Origin: a virus
DNA length: 64,000 bases
Virus record (IMG/VR): IMGVR_UViG_3300031419_000010
Coordinates: 32,001-96,000 of that record
Strand: one strand, 5' to 3'
A program made the position numbers and the translations under genes. Below, in pieces: positions 19,029-28,539 of this stretch. Positions within the stretch are counted from its first letter, which is position 1. Every line of letters starts with the position of its first letter. Under the pieces are notes generated by a model, which saw only the letters and a program-made list of their open reading frames with translations, was not told the origin of the DNA and searched no databases.

Positions 19029-19885
19029 TACTCAAATTCCTCTTTCGCTTTCAGATCCGCAATGCGCTGTTTCAGTTCTTTGCGCAGCTTAGGTAAAGCA
19101 AGATGCAAATTCACACCAGACTTGCGACCAAAAGAGACAACTTTTTTGCTTACGCGTGTCACTGACATGCCGAGACTGTTGCACCAATCAATTAATGGAT
19201 CGATACCCATCAGATCGATTTCGCTGTCAGTTGGATATTCAATATCGTCCTGATCTTCGTCTTCCGGTTCGTCGTCCGTGTTCTGCAAAATCTTTTGCTG
19301 TTCCTTTGCAGTCTCCAGCGATTTGATAAGCGTTTGGCGATCAACTTTACGCGCCATTGCTTCGTGAGGCATAAGGCCGTATGTCACAACAGCCGTATGC
19401 AGTTCGCTGTCTGTCTTTGCGTTCGGCCAGAAGTCATCAGGAATGTCCGGATAAGTTTCAGGTTCGTAGACAGGTTCCAGCGAAGCCCAAACCATCGAAC
19501 TACATGAGCGTTGATGAATGAATGTTGCTTCGCCCCAACCAACATCGATCAAGTTCTGGCGCAGTTCTTCAAACAGCGAAGGCGGCGCAACGCAATCAAT
19601 CGGACAAACTTCGACGTGAATCAAACCCGGTTTCAGTTTGAATTTTTCAACAGCGTAATCGTCGTTGAGAAACTTAACGTAATCGGCAACGTCTTTCGGA
19701 TATTCTTTGTGACGCCCGTAAAAAGGAGAAGGAGTTTCACCGCCAGCGATTTCAAGCAAGCAAGTATTGATGCGCTTGCCTGCTTCTGCCAGAAACTTTT
19801 CTTGCAGTTCGCGCTGTTCGTACCCAATATCACGAAATTGTTTTGGTGACATAACTTTGCTGCTTCTGGTTATTGAATTGTGCAT
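19028..19885 (-). CDS. Hypothetical protein with C-terminal HEH-like motifs
   Basis: start MHNSIT with GGGGA RBS. Confidence 0.7.
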   Translation of the reverse strand: MHNSITRSSKVMSPKQFRDIGYEQRELQEKFLAEAGKRINTCLLEIAGGETPSPFYGRHKEYPKDVADYVKFLNDDYAVEKFKLKPGLIHVEVCPIDCVAPPSLFEELRQNLIDVGWGEATFIHQRSCSSMVWASLEPVYEPETYPDIPDDFWPNAKTDSELHTAVVTYGLMPHEAMARKVDRQTLIKSLETAKEQQKILQNTDDEPEDEDQDDIEYPTDSEIDLMGIDPLIDWCNSLGMSVTRVSKKVVSFGRKSGVNLHLALPKLRKELKQRIADLKAKEEFE

Positions 19886-19886
19886 T

Positions 19887-20024
19887 TTAGTTTCCCCGTC
19901 CTTCGCGTTCACGTTGGTAGTAACAGTTATGGCAGAGATCATCCCACTCGCCGTAAACTTCACCTTCTTCCAAATCTTCGCCGCAATCCATACAATGCGC
20001 GTACGGTTCGTTTTCGTTTTCCAT
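19887..20024 (-). CDS. Small acidic C4 zinc-finger protein, 45 aa, not in ORF track
   Basis: MENENEPYAHCMDCGEDLEEGEVYGEWDDLCHNCYYQREREGRGN; GAGG RBS; fits exactly between neighbours. Confidence 0.7.
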   Translation of the reverse strand: MENENEPYAHCMDCGEDLEEGEVYGEWDDLCHNCYYQREREGRGN

Positions 20025-20026
20025 TT

Positions 20027-20284
20027 TTACCTCAACTGAGAATCTTTACTGCCGCGACGGTTGTAATATGCGTGGTGCGTTCCGTCATGTTCGGCTTGAT
20101 GTTCAATGCAGTATTTTGCGTTCGGCATAACTTTCAAACGCGCTTCTGGAATGCGGCAACCACACTCCAGACAGTGAGTAGATCCCTTACCTGATAATTG
20201 TGAACGAGCAAAATCAATTTCATTGTTGATGTTGCTTTCGATGGTATCGTTCACTCCGTCATCTTTAGTAAAGCCTACTGCCAT
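20027..20284 (-). CDS. DksA/TraR-family zinc-finger protein (YbiI-like)
   Basis: CLECGCRIPEARLKVMPNAKYCIEH; C-terminal YNRRGSKDSQLR as in YbiI. Confidence 0.9.
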   Translation of the reverse strand: MAVGFTKDDGVNDTIESNINNEIDFARSQLSGKGSTHCLECGCRIPEARLKVMPNAKYCIEHQAEHDGTHHAYYNRRGSKDSQLR

Positions 20285-20286
20285 AA

Positions 20287-21717
20287 TTACCCCTTAAAGT
20301 TACAGCTACCGACCACCGTGGTAAAAGAACAACGTTTGTCGTCCGTATTCTTTTTGCGTTTGCGAACAGTTACTTTTGGTTTAGCTGATTTAACCACTTT
20401 CGGCATTTTGGTTTGTGATTTGACTGTGCGCGGCTTGCGTACTTTCTTTGGCTCCGGAACCGGATCATTACGCGACCAATCAAAATAAAGTTCGCCGTCC
20501 ATGTGATACACCATTTCAGTGTATTCAGGTTCGACAGCGTTCGGTTCAAACGCGCTGGCTTTTAACCAAGCATACGAATGGTGCATTTCCGGACTGCGAT
20601 GAGTAAAGCACGATGCGCAAGCGTCCGTGTAAAAATCTTTTTCACGGCGATGCGTAAACAGCATATCGTGTTTATCCAGTGTCGGAACATCGCAGAACAC
20701 TTCGTCAAAGCAAAGAACAAGGAACGGTTTTTTCTGGATGCGCTTACGTGCTTCCTTTTCCTCTTTGATGCTGCCGCGAGTTGCATCACGCCACTTCAAA
20801 ACATTTTGACCATACTCACGCAGTTCGTTGTTTTCTTTTTCGTTGGAGTAGTCCACACGAAACACAACGTCCACCCACGGATTTTCTACCATGAATTGAT
20901 GCGCAAGATTCATTTCCTGTTCAATGCGCGGATAGTTTTCTTTGTTGATAACAAAGTTAATATGAAAACTAACTTTCTTACCGAGGCGATTACGAAAGCG
21001 AACCAGATCATCCAGTGTCCACGTATAGTTGACGCCCATGATCTTGTTTGCAACTTCGCGATCAAAGCTGTGCATACTGATATTCAAATGCGACAGCTTG
21101 CTTTCCAGTTCGTCGTTTGTGTTGAGATCCAGAAAGCCTAAAACGGAAGAAGTCTTTTCCAGAAAGAAACCGTTTGTTGTCAGGCCGACATTCTGAACAG
21201 GAGTTTCGCGCTGAATACGATCAATCGTCTCAAACAAAAACTTCATGCGCAGAGTAGGCTCACCGCCGCTAATCGAAACGTGATCGATAATGCCGCTGTG
21301 CTGCTTGATGTGTTTAATCAAACCGTCTTGCCACTCTTCCTGTTTGGCTTTGTGTTCCATTTCTTTCTCAGGACAGAAGTTGCACTTTGCATTACACGTT
21401 ACAGGAAGAATTGCAGTGAAGTTACGCAGCATATCAGGCATTGCTAAAACGCGCTTACCTGATTTCTTTTCAGCGAGACTGATTTCCCACTTTTCAAGTA
21501 AGGCACTGCGGTTGTGCGAAACAAATTCCAGACAAGAAGCAGGATAGCTTTGTTCCTGTTCGCCGTGGTTTTCAAGGAACAGCTTAACACTGCCATCATC
21601 GTTACGTGCGATCACAATGCCGCTACCGCCGAGCAAAGTTTCTTGTCCTTTCTCTTGCGGGTTAGGAGTAGCGATAACCAGATCAGCCAAGCGATACGGA
21701 TTCAATTTAAAAGTCAT
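20287..21717 (-). CDS. Radical SAM protein with extra N-terminal domain and K-rich, Cys-containing tail
   Basis: CNAKCNFC (CxxxCxxC), SISGGEP, TTNG, NISMHS. Confidence 0.9.
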   Translation of the reverse strand: MTFKLNPYRLADLVIATPNPQEKGQETLLGGSGIVIARNDDGSVKLFLENHGEQEQSYPASCLEFVSHNRSALLEKWEISLAEKKSGKRVLAMPDMLRNFTAILPVTCNAKCNFCPEKEMEHKAKQEEWQDGLIKHIKQHSGIIDHVSISGGEPTLRMKFLFETIDRIQRETPVQNVGLTTNGFFLEKTSSVLGFLDLNTNDELESKLSHLNISMHSFDREVANKIMGVNYTWTLDDLVRFRNRLGKKVSFHINFVINKENYPRIEQEMNLAHQFMVENPWVDVVFRVDYSNEKENNELREYGQNVLKWRDATRGSIKEEKEARKRIQKKPFLVLCFDEVFCDVPTLDKHDMLFTHRREKDFYTDACASCFTHRSPEMHHSYAWLKASAFEPNAVEPEYTEMVYHMDGELYFDWSRNDPVPEPKKVRKPRTVKSQTKMPKVVKSAKPKVTVRKRKKNTDDKRCSFTTVVGSCNFKG

Positions 21718-21719
21718 GG

Positions 21720-22100
21720 TTACGCCTTACCTGTAGAAAGTGGAATTTTTGAAGCCATGATGTTCTGATATTCAGCTTCGATAAACTCTGCAAACTCCGC
21801 GCTAGGATCAACGCCGTGCTGAGAAACAACATGAACATATTCACCAGACCAGAACCAGCCTTTGTAGTCATAGTCGCTAAACTCAACAGAGCGGCTGCAA
21901 TAAGGGCAAGTGCAAAGACCACGAACACGCATATAAAAACCGCCGCGCTGTGCAATCTCACACACAACAGAAAACTTGCGTACGAACTCGCGACGTTCCT
22001 GCGTCATTTCGTTTGACTCAGGAAGTTGATCGTTTTCGTAATTGCGAAACAGAGAAAAGTAGCGGCCTTCGATTTTAGTGTTTTCGTTTGAATGATTCAT
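21720..22100 (-). CDS. Hypothetical zinc-binding protein
   Basis: CPYC ... HVVSQH ... PSAEF. Confidence 0.7.
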   Translation of the reverse strand: MNHSNENTKIEGRYFSLFRNYENDQLPESNEMTQERREFVRKFSVVCEIAQRGGFYMRVRGLCTCPYCSRSVEFSDYDYKGWFWSGEYVHVVSQHGVDPSAEFAEFIEAEYQNIMASKIPLSTGKA

Positions 22101-22101
22101 C

Positions 22102-22332
22102 TTAGTACCCCATTGATTCGATTGCGTTACGCAGATCATATTCGTTACTTTCTGCGGTGATTGTTTCACACTTACGTGGAAGGTTTTGGCCCGATGCGAT
22201 GAATTGAAGTTTCATCACAACAAAGATTGCATAAAGGCGAGTTGTTTCTCTGCCTTCGTATGCAACCGCGACCATTCGAAGAAGTTTCAAGTCGTCTTTG
22301 CTAACGACAGGTTTTACTTTCGGAGTGCTCAT
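22102..22332 (-). CDS. Hypothetical protein
   Basis: 76 aa; translationally coupled. Confidence 0.6.
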   Translation of the reverse strand: MSTPKVKPVVSKDDLKLLRMVAVAYEGRETTRLYAIFVVMKLQFIASGQNLPRKCETITAESNEYDLRNAIESMGY

Positions 22333-22535
22333 TCTGAGTCCTCATCGCCAACAATGTTTACGTCAACCACACCAACTTCATCAAACGCGTGTCGTGCAAT
22401 AGCAACGATCATTTCTGCGCGTGTAATTTCGTTAGGGTTTGCTTGAAACTTTTCAATCGCTTCATCAATAGTTGAGCTAGTGATTAGCGCTTCAAGTTCA
22501 ACATCGCATTGGATTTCGAAATCTTCTTCTCTCAT
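22329..22535 (-). CDS. Small acidic hypothetical protein
   Basis: 68 aa; D/E rich. Confidence 0.65.
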   Translation of the reverse strand: MREEDFEIQCDVELEALITSSTIDEAIEKFQANPNEITRAEMIVAIARHAFDEVGVVDVNIVGDEDSE

Positions 22536-22936
22536 TATTTTTCACCTAACTGTTTTGGGTTTTTGTTTGTGGCGAAAAACATTGCCAACCATTTCCACGC
22601 AATTTTAGCTTGCGAGAATCTTTGCTTTGTAAAAAGCCCTGCAATTCTTTCCGCTTCATTTTCGTCTAACTGTTGCATCAGTTCCAACTGCTTTTCTGTT
22701 TCATCGTGCGCGTCCAAAAGACCAACACGAACAGGAAGAGTTGTATGCAGAATTGCGGTGATTTCTTTCTGGCTATTGGCTACCAGAAAAGAACAAAACT
22801 GAGTACCGAGGAAACGCATCATATCGTCGTTTGAAAGATTGTGCTTTTCGGCAACGTCAGCCATCGCATTGCCTAAGTCTTCGTAGGCGTCAGCCATAAA
22901 AGGCGGGAGTTTAACAGGCTTATCAAGTGGCAGCAT
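22535..22936 (-). CDS. Hypothetical protein
   Basis: 133 aa; first gene after promoter copy 6. Confidence 0.7.
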   Translation of the reverse strand: MLPLDKPVKLPPFMADAYEDLGNAMADVAEKHNLSNDDMMRFLGTQFCSFLVANSQKEITAILHTTLPVRVGLLDAHDETEKQLELMQQLDENEAERIAGLFTKQRFSQAKIAWKWLAMFFATNKNPKQLGEK

Positions 22937-22985
22937 AGTAAGTTCCTTATACGGGGGATTAGATACGACAAAAGGCCGTCCTCTA

Positions 22986-23042
22986 AGAATACAGGAAAGC
23001 CTTTCGGTTTAACAGCGGTATTTTGGACACTTATTTGCAGAG
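22986..23042 (-). promoter_or_regulatory. Conserved phage promoter, copy 6
   Basis: CTCTGCAAATAAGTGTCCAAAATACCGCTG + 21 nt + TATTCT. Confidence 0.85.
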
Positions 23043-23043
23043 A

Positions 23044-23583
23044 TTAAGGCTTTACCGCCGATACAAATTCAGGCGGTACAAAGTCAGTCAGCCAGACGCC
23101 GTTAGTTGTTTTCTGCAACTTGTGTCCGGCGTCGTGCATTTCTTTGGCCTTCACATAAAGAACACGGCACATTGCTTTACGTCGCGCCCCGACATTTTCA
23201 GCAGTAACCCAATCGAACGTCAGATGAACTTTGGTGCGCTGCATTGGTTTGATGCCTTCATTCAAAATCGTGTTGACGTTCTGAATTGCTGTTCCGTGAT
23301 AAAGAATTTCAGGCGGCACATGATCGCCATGATCAATTTTCACGCTTTCGAGTGAGTGACCTTGAATGCAACGAATCTTTTTCTTGTCCGGTGAAAATTC
23401 GAAGCGACCTTTTTCGTCATTGGTGACAACAGAAATAAGCTGATCCATATCCACCAGCTTATCGCATTTGTTCACCAAATCTTTTGCGTCAACCCAACCT
23501 TGATCATCCATAACCAAACCAATCTGGCCCGGATTATGTCGCAGGAAAAAAGTTAACGTTACGCCAATACTTCTGCCTCTCAT
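23044..23583 (-). CDS. kptA: RNA:NAD 2'-phosphotransferase (Tpt1/KptA)
   Basis: LRH, KGRF, IRCIQGHS, LYHGT, RTKVHL and NGVWL motifs. Confidence 0.93.
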   Translation of the reverse strand: MRGRSIGVTLTFFLRHNPGQIGLVMDDQGWVDAKDLVNKCDKLVDMDQLISVVTNDEKGRFEFSPDKKKIRCIQGHSLESVKIDHGDHVPPEILYHGTAIQNVNTILNEGIKPMQRTKVHLTFDWVTAENVGARRKAMCRVLYVKAKEMHDAGHKLQKTTNGVWLTDFVPPEFVSAVKP

Positions 23584-23587
23584 TTTA

Positions 23588-24247
23588 TTACCTTCTACTT
23601 TTACGTGGGAAAAGAGACATGAATGCAGGATTCGCTTTGCCTGATTTAATCTCTTCAATGTTTTTCATTGTATCTTGCATCAAATCTGCCATCGTTTGAT
23701 TTGAGATACCAAGATCATTCGGTGTAAGAATACCGAAAGGCGTAGCGTCCAAAAGAAACTGCATTCCCATCAAACTGTCATGGATACGCGTTACTTCTTT
23801 TCCTTTCTCTACATCACCGTTAAATGCGAATCGAGAAAAGATATGGCGCATTTTGTACGTGTGTATTAGCTGAATATGTGCGCTGTCCATTCCGCGATTA
23901 GCCATATACGACATTTGATATTGCAGACGCAGACTATCAAGAGTGATCTCAAGTTTGCGTAAACGCTGGCGGTATTCATCCAGCTTTGCCACTTCATCAG
24001 GCAGATTGGCTTCGCAAAAATCAAAGGCCACCATTTCCTTGTCGCCGCTTCCATAGCGACGGCTGGCGCGAACCTGTTTGAACGTGTGCGTGATAAAATA
24101 AATTTTGCGGCGCAGAGCGTGACACAAAGCATTTGTCGCCACACCGTGAAGCTGCAAACGTTCGCATGTTTCACCGTGGAATAAATCGTCAGTGTCTGCG
24201 CTTCGTGATTTGCGCTGGTAATGAGCGTTGGTGAAAAATCGAGACAT
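23588..24247 (-). CDS. Hypothetical protein
   Basis: 219 aa ORF. Confidence 0.7.
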   Translation of the reverse strand: MSRFFTNAHYQRKSRSADTDDLFHGETCERLQLHGVATNALCHALRRKIYFITHTFKQVRASRRYGSGDKEMVAFDFCEANLPDEVAKLDEYRQRLRKLEITLDSLRLQYQMSYMANRGMDSAHIQLIHTYKMRHIFSRFAFNGDVEKGKEVTRIHDSLMGMQFLLDATPFGILTPNDLGISNQTMADLMQDTMKNIEEIKSGKANPAFMSLFPRKSRR

Positions 24248-24993
24248 TAACTTTTCCTCGTCTTGAGTTTACGATAGACAGGTAGGATAGCATTCGCAAT
24301 TTCATCCAGCGCAGGAATGTATCCGTCTGATTTTTCTTTACAGAATGCTTCAAACATTTTGTTTGCATCAGAATCGCTAGGAATCTTTGCACGAAAAGTC
24401 AGATCCCATGCCTCACTAAATTCGTTGCGGATTCGATTCTTGAAATCAGAGCTACCCGAAAAGATTTCTGGATTTAAAAAATACTCCGGAAAATCTCTTC
24501 TCAGAATATCCAGACTCTCGCGAACGAAATCAACCAGACCCATTATTGCCACACGCGTTTCAGGCGAACCGGGAATAATGTGAATGCGCGTTGCACCGTG
24601 ACAGCTTTGAATGTGCAGATAGCCTTCTTTGTTTTCCGGATTGTATTCGGCATAAAGCGCAGACGTGTATTCCATTTCGTTAACGTCCAGCAATCTGCGT
24701 CGAGCAAAAGCTGTCTCACTGCGCAGCGCATCTTGAAAATCGCGAAGGAACAGCAACAGGTTTTGCAGCTTTTCTTCAAAGCTATTTAACACAATGCCTG
24801 GCTTGTTGTGCAGGCTGATAGCTTTGTTGCCGTGGTGAATGAGAAGTTCCGTCTGAACCGTAGGCGGGAGAGTTTCATTTTCCGGATTAAGAACTTCTTT
24901 CGCGTAAAAGCCGATAGCGCTAACAGAGCTAGATTCGGACGGATAGAGCCAGCGACGAAAGCTAACTGATTTGAAATCTTTTTTATCAGACAT
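24247..24993 (-). CDS. Hypothetical protein with a tandemly duplicated domain
   Basis: FRRWL..SAI..LLIHHGNKAISLH vs ARRRLL..SAL..LHIQSCHGATRIH. Confidence 0.7.
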   Translation of the reverse strand: MSDKKDFKSVSFRRWLYPSESSSVSAIGFYAKEVLNPENETLPPTVQTELLIHHGNKAISLHNKPGIVLNSFEEKLQNLLLFLRDFQDALRSETAFARRRLLDVNEMEYTSALYAEYNPENKEGYLHIQSCHGATRIHIIPGSPETRVAIMGLVDFVRESLDILRRDFPEYFLNPEIFSGSSDFKNRIRNEFSEAWDLTFRAKIPSDSDANKMFEAFCKEKSDGYIPALDEIANAILPVYRKLKTRKS

Positions 24994-25198
24994 TGTTATT
25001 TTTCTCACTATCCCGTTTGAAGTTGTGGCGAATCTTCTTAACCTGCACAACAATCAAAAACAAAAAGCCTGTCCAGATTGCTATATAACGCATCGTGAAT
25101 GCAGGCGGGTTATCGTCCAGTACGTCAAAAAAGAAATAGGCTGTGATAGCAAGGCAGATAGACCACAGCACTGCGATGATAAAATATTTGTTGTGCAT
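24986..25198 (-). CDS. Small two-TM membrane protein
   Basis: two hydrophobic helices; GGAG RBS. Confidence 0.65.
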   Translation of the reverse strand: MHNKYFIIAVLWSICLAITAYFFFDVLDDNPPAFTMRYIAIWTGFLFLIVVQVKKIRHNFKRDSEKNNNV

Positions 25199-25248
25199 AT
25201 TTATCTCCGTTTTGATTTTCGAGATCTACGTTCCAGAACTAAATTTCC

Positions 25249-25446
25249 TTAACGGCGTTTGGGTGGATTGCGCAGACGACGGCGAAGTTTCTCAAGCGGT
25301 GTCTTCGCCTTCGCAATTTTCTCGCGGCGCTTCTGGCGCATTTCAGAGATCTTCAAAATGTTTTTGAGGAACCCCGCCAGATGCGCCAAAATGCCAAACG
25401 AGGCGATAACATAAAACACTGTCTCACTCGTTTGGTGTATGTTCAT
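25249..25446 (-). CDS. Small membrane protein with basic tail
   Basis: one TM plus K/R tail. Confidence 0.55.
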   Translation of the reverse strand: MNIHQTSETVFYVIASFGILAHLAGFLKNILKISEMRQKRREKIAKAKTPLEKLRRRLRNPPKRR

Positions 25447-26145
25447 TTAGATTTTACCTTCCTGATAAAGTTTAAACAGCTTTAACATTCCCACAGGCAC
25501 GGTTTCCGATTCTGTGTTCAGCATTTCCATACAGGTTAAAGGCCAGATCTCCAGAGGGCGACCGTCAGTAAAAGGTAATGACAAGACGCCTTCTAAAATG
25601 CTTTTGCGAATCTCGTTCCACGACTTGCCTTCTTCGTTTGTGTTGATTGCTTCCCAACACTCAGGAGTAAGCTGATCAAGAAACGTAGAATGAATCCGCG
25701 TGTCTTCCAGCTTAGCGTTCGGTTGCTTTCTGTGTTGCAGTAAGCGCAGGTGTTCCGGATAGTCCGTCCATTCGATCTTTATCGGAAGAAGAAAACTTTC
25801 TTCCGGTTTAGCATCGCGCACATTTTCCAGCGTTGCCAGATACGCATTGGCTGTCCGGCCAGGCAGAAGGTTTTCAGGATCAAACTGGTTATGGTTAAAG
25901 CGAACATAGCCCAAGTTGGCAACAAACTGAAACTCTTCAAAGCGAGAACGAATCACAGGAAGAATATAACTGTGATTGATAAAGCGATAGCCTTTCACTT
26001 CCGGATCGATTTTTACTGGAAGACGAAAACCTTTTTTATCTTTGGTGTTCAGTTCCATCCAGTAGATATACTGACGATGAATGATGCCGTTAATTGAAAA
26101 GTGTGCCTCGCCAAACTGTTCAGTTTTGAAATGTTCAAGACGCAT
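25447..26145 (-). CDS. Hypothetical protein
   Basis: 232 aa; GGAGG RBS. Confidence 0.7.
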   Translation of the reverse strand: MRLEHFKTEQFGEAHFSINGIIHRQYIYWMELNTKDKKGFRLPVKIDPEVKGYRFINHSYILPVIRSRFEEFQFVANLGYVRFNHNQFDPENLLPGRTANAYLATLENVRDAKPEESFLLPIKIEWTDYPEHLRLLQHRKQPNAKLEDTRIHSTFLDQLTPECWEAINTNEEGKSWNEIRKSILEGVLSLPFTDGRPLEIWPLTCMEMLNTESETVPVGMLKLFKLYQEGKI

Positions 26146-26840
26146 CAGTTTTCCTCCACGTCACAATCACAGGAACCGCGACCGCAATTTTCGCAGTCAG
26201 GTAAGCACTGGCAGGATTCAGAGTGGCAGTGAGAGCAAATATCTTCTTCGTCACAATCCTCTTCGCTTTCGCAGTCGCAGTCATCGCCAATCTGACCGCC
26301 GCAAGTGTCACACCACTGAGTTTCTTCTTCCTTGTACATATCTTCGTACGCGTGATCGGTGGCGTCGATGATTGCAGGACTCAGACCCGTAAAGCGCGAC
26401 ACACAATCACGCGCATAATCGAGCATCTGCTCTTTGGTGTACGCCGGATAACTATGATCCGCAAACGTCGCTTTGGGTTTAGGCAGCGACACGTAACCAG
26501 TTGGCAAAGTTTTCGCGGCTTGTTCGTCTTCCGGATCAAGGCGAACATCCAGACGGTACAAAGCAAAACTTAATGCACTACGCGCATCGCGAATAATGAT
26601 TTCAGAATCGAAAAGATTTGTGCAAACGATCACAATGTCTTTGCCGTCATTCTCACTGCACAAAGTTACAGTGCCGTTGTCGTTGTCCAGCGTGATTTGC
26701 TGAGGCTCAACTTTAACGTTAAGAGAATCGCCGTGATAAAGAACATCGCGATATGCAGCAGAATGATCGCCAGTACCCATAACCAGAGAAAGAAGGCTTC
26801 CGAAATTTGTCATGATGAGTTTCCTTATTTGCTGATCCAC
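26145..26840 (-). CDS. Hypothetical protein (family C) with 13-Cys acidic tail
   Basis: three CxxC..CxC units at the C-terminus. Confidence 0.75.
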   Translation of the reverse strand: MDQQIRKLIMTNFGSLLSLVMGTGDHSAAYRDVLYHGDSLNVKVEPQQITLDNDNGTVTLCSENDGKDIVIVCTNLFDSEIIIRDARSALSFALYRLDVRLDPEDEQAAKTLPTGYVSLPKPKATFADHSYPAYTKEQMLDYARDCVSRFTGLSPAIIDATDHAYEDMYKEEETQWCDTCGGQIGDDCDCESEEDCDEEDICSHCHSESCQCLPDCENCGRGSCDCDVEEN

Positions 26841-27577
26841 GCACGAATGCGAGAAATTTTCGATGTGCTTTCGTACGCCATAACATGCAAGGCACGATCC
26901 AGAGAACCAAAGATGCCAGTTGTTTCATTCAACTTAGCTGGCAAGTCGCCTTCATATTTCAGCGCCACAGCAACAATAGCTTCCTGCTCCAGAGCCGCAA
27001 GATCTTTTATAATCTCTGAAAGCTCTTTGCTTGTGATACCAAATTCTTTGCGCAATAACGGACGCAGATAAATAGATTTTTTGTGTTGATGTACCCACGC
27101 ATGGGCGCATTCAATCAAAGGACGATCAGTTGGCTCTTTGATTTCCGGCTCAGGAATATCAAATGACTTTTCACCCGGTGTAGGAACAGTATGTGCGCCC
27201 CAGCTTTCGTCTATTGCGTTGTTTGATTGCGTGTCCTCAATGTCACGGTTGTTTGCGCAGTCCAAAACAAAATGCAGCGCGTGAGTAGCTTCGGCAAAAA
27301 CAACGTTGCGGTAAATTGGATCTTCGCATTCGTGCGCAACGGCGCGAACCATAATGTTTTTACCGTGGGAGAAAATAGAAAACGTCAGGTTCACGTCTTC
27401 GGAGAAATCAAGCACGGTAATGTTGATTGAGTTTTTATTGATTGTGGCTGAAAAACCTTCGTCAGCCAGCATTGCGCGAATGGTAACAGCGGCGATGTTG
27501 TTCGTTGATTGGCGACCAAACGCTTCAACAAAAATTGCAGCAATCAAAGTCAATTTATCGTTCATTACTTGATCCAT
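26825..27577 (-). CDS. Hypothetical protein (family C)
   Basis: 250 aa ORF. Confidence 0.7.
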   Translation of the reverse strand: MDQVMNDKLTLIAAIFVEAFGRQSTNNIAAVTIRAMLADEGFSATINKNSINITVLDFSEDVNLTFSIFSHGKNIMVRAVAHECEDPIYRNVVFAEATHALHFVLDCANNRDIEDTQSNNAIDESWGAHTVPTPGEKSFDIPEPEIKEPTDRPLIECAHAWVHQHKKSIYLRPLLRKEFGITSKELSEIIKDLAALEQEAIVAVALKYEGDLPAKLNETTGIFGSLDRALHVMAYESTSKISRIRAWISK

Positions 27578-28512
27578 CCTGTCATGCGTTTGATAAGAGA
27601 TCTTTTGTTTCGTGCGGCTAAGCGGTACGCCTGAACTTCACCAAGCAGCAGCGTTAAGACGGCAAACATATCATAGGTATCGTCTTCGATTTCGTCGCGA
27701 TCCGTATACGCCATATATGCTTCTTCAACTTCTTCTGTTTCAAGATTGCCAATATCTCCAACAACCAAAGAGAACGGACGGTTTTTTGTTTCGACACAGA
27801 GCATACTCAATGTCTCTTCAAAAAATTCATTATCCTTGTTTTGGCAATACCAAATCACCGCTTGCGCTTTGAGGCGAATGCGCATTTCGTGAGATTCGTT
27901 TTCAAACTCGCGTGAATTTATCGCAATGTGGTCAAGAGACGAGAAAGGTTCAGCCATATAAAATTCGGCGTGTTGAACCAGATCCTGAACTTCTTTAGAC
28001 AGAGGTTTTGACGAGTCACCTTCAAGAAATTCTTTTAATTCGCCAACACTGAGTTTGCGTGAAGTGTCTTCTTCATCGAAATCTTCGTTGCCATCCCACT
28101 CTTCGCTGTCATCTGACTCTTCGTAGGTTGGGTTTTCGAAACGATACCAGAGCGGTTTTAATTCACCTGTTGGTTCGATAACTTTTTCTTCCACAGCGCA
28201 AAGGACAATCCACTTAACAGCCTGCTCGATGGTTTCAAAACGAGCGGTTGCTTTGTGGTAATGATCATTGAACTCATCGGTCAAAATAACTTTCAGGTTA
28301 TTTGAATGAGGGAAAATTTCAGCTTCAATGTCGTGGTTGGAAAAGCCGCGAGTAAGTTTCGCAGAGAGTTTGCCTTGATCCGATTTGGTATAAACTTGAG
28401 CGCGAGTAAGTTTGCTGAACTCGCGAAGTGTAAGAACGATTCCGCTATCGGTGTCACGTCCAGAATGCGCTTCGACGATTTGAGAGAAGAGTTGGTTAAG
28501 TTTGCTGTTCAT
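27565..28512 (-). CDS. Hypothetical acidic protein (family C)
   Basis: 315 aa ORF. Confidence 0.75.
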   Translation of the reverse strand: MNSKLNQLFSQIVEAHSGRDTDSGIVLTLREFSKLTRAQVYTKSDQGKLSAKLTRGFSNHDIEAEIFPHSNNLKVILTDEFNDHYHKATARFETIEQAVKWIVLCAVEEKVIEPTGELKPLWYRFENPTYEESDDSEEWDGNEDFDEEDTSRKLSVGELKEFLEGDSSKPLSKEVQDLVQHAEFYMAEPFSSLDHIAINSREFENESHEMRIRLKAQAVIWYCQNKDNEFFEETLSMLCVETKNRPFSLVVGDIGNLETEEVEEAYMAYTDRDEIEDDTYDMFAVLTLLLGEVQAYRLAARNKRSLIKRMTGWIK

Positions 28513-28539
28513 AGCAATTCCTTAGTAAGAGAGGTTTTA

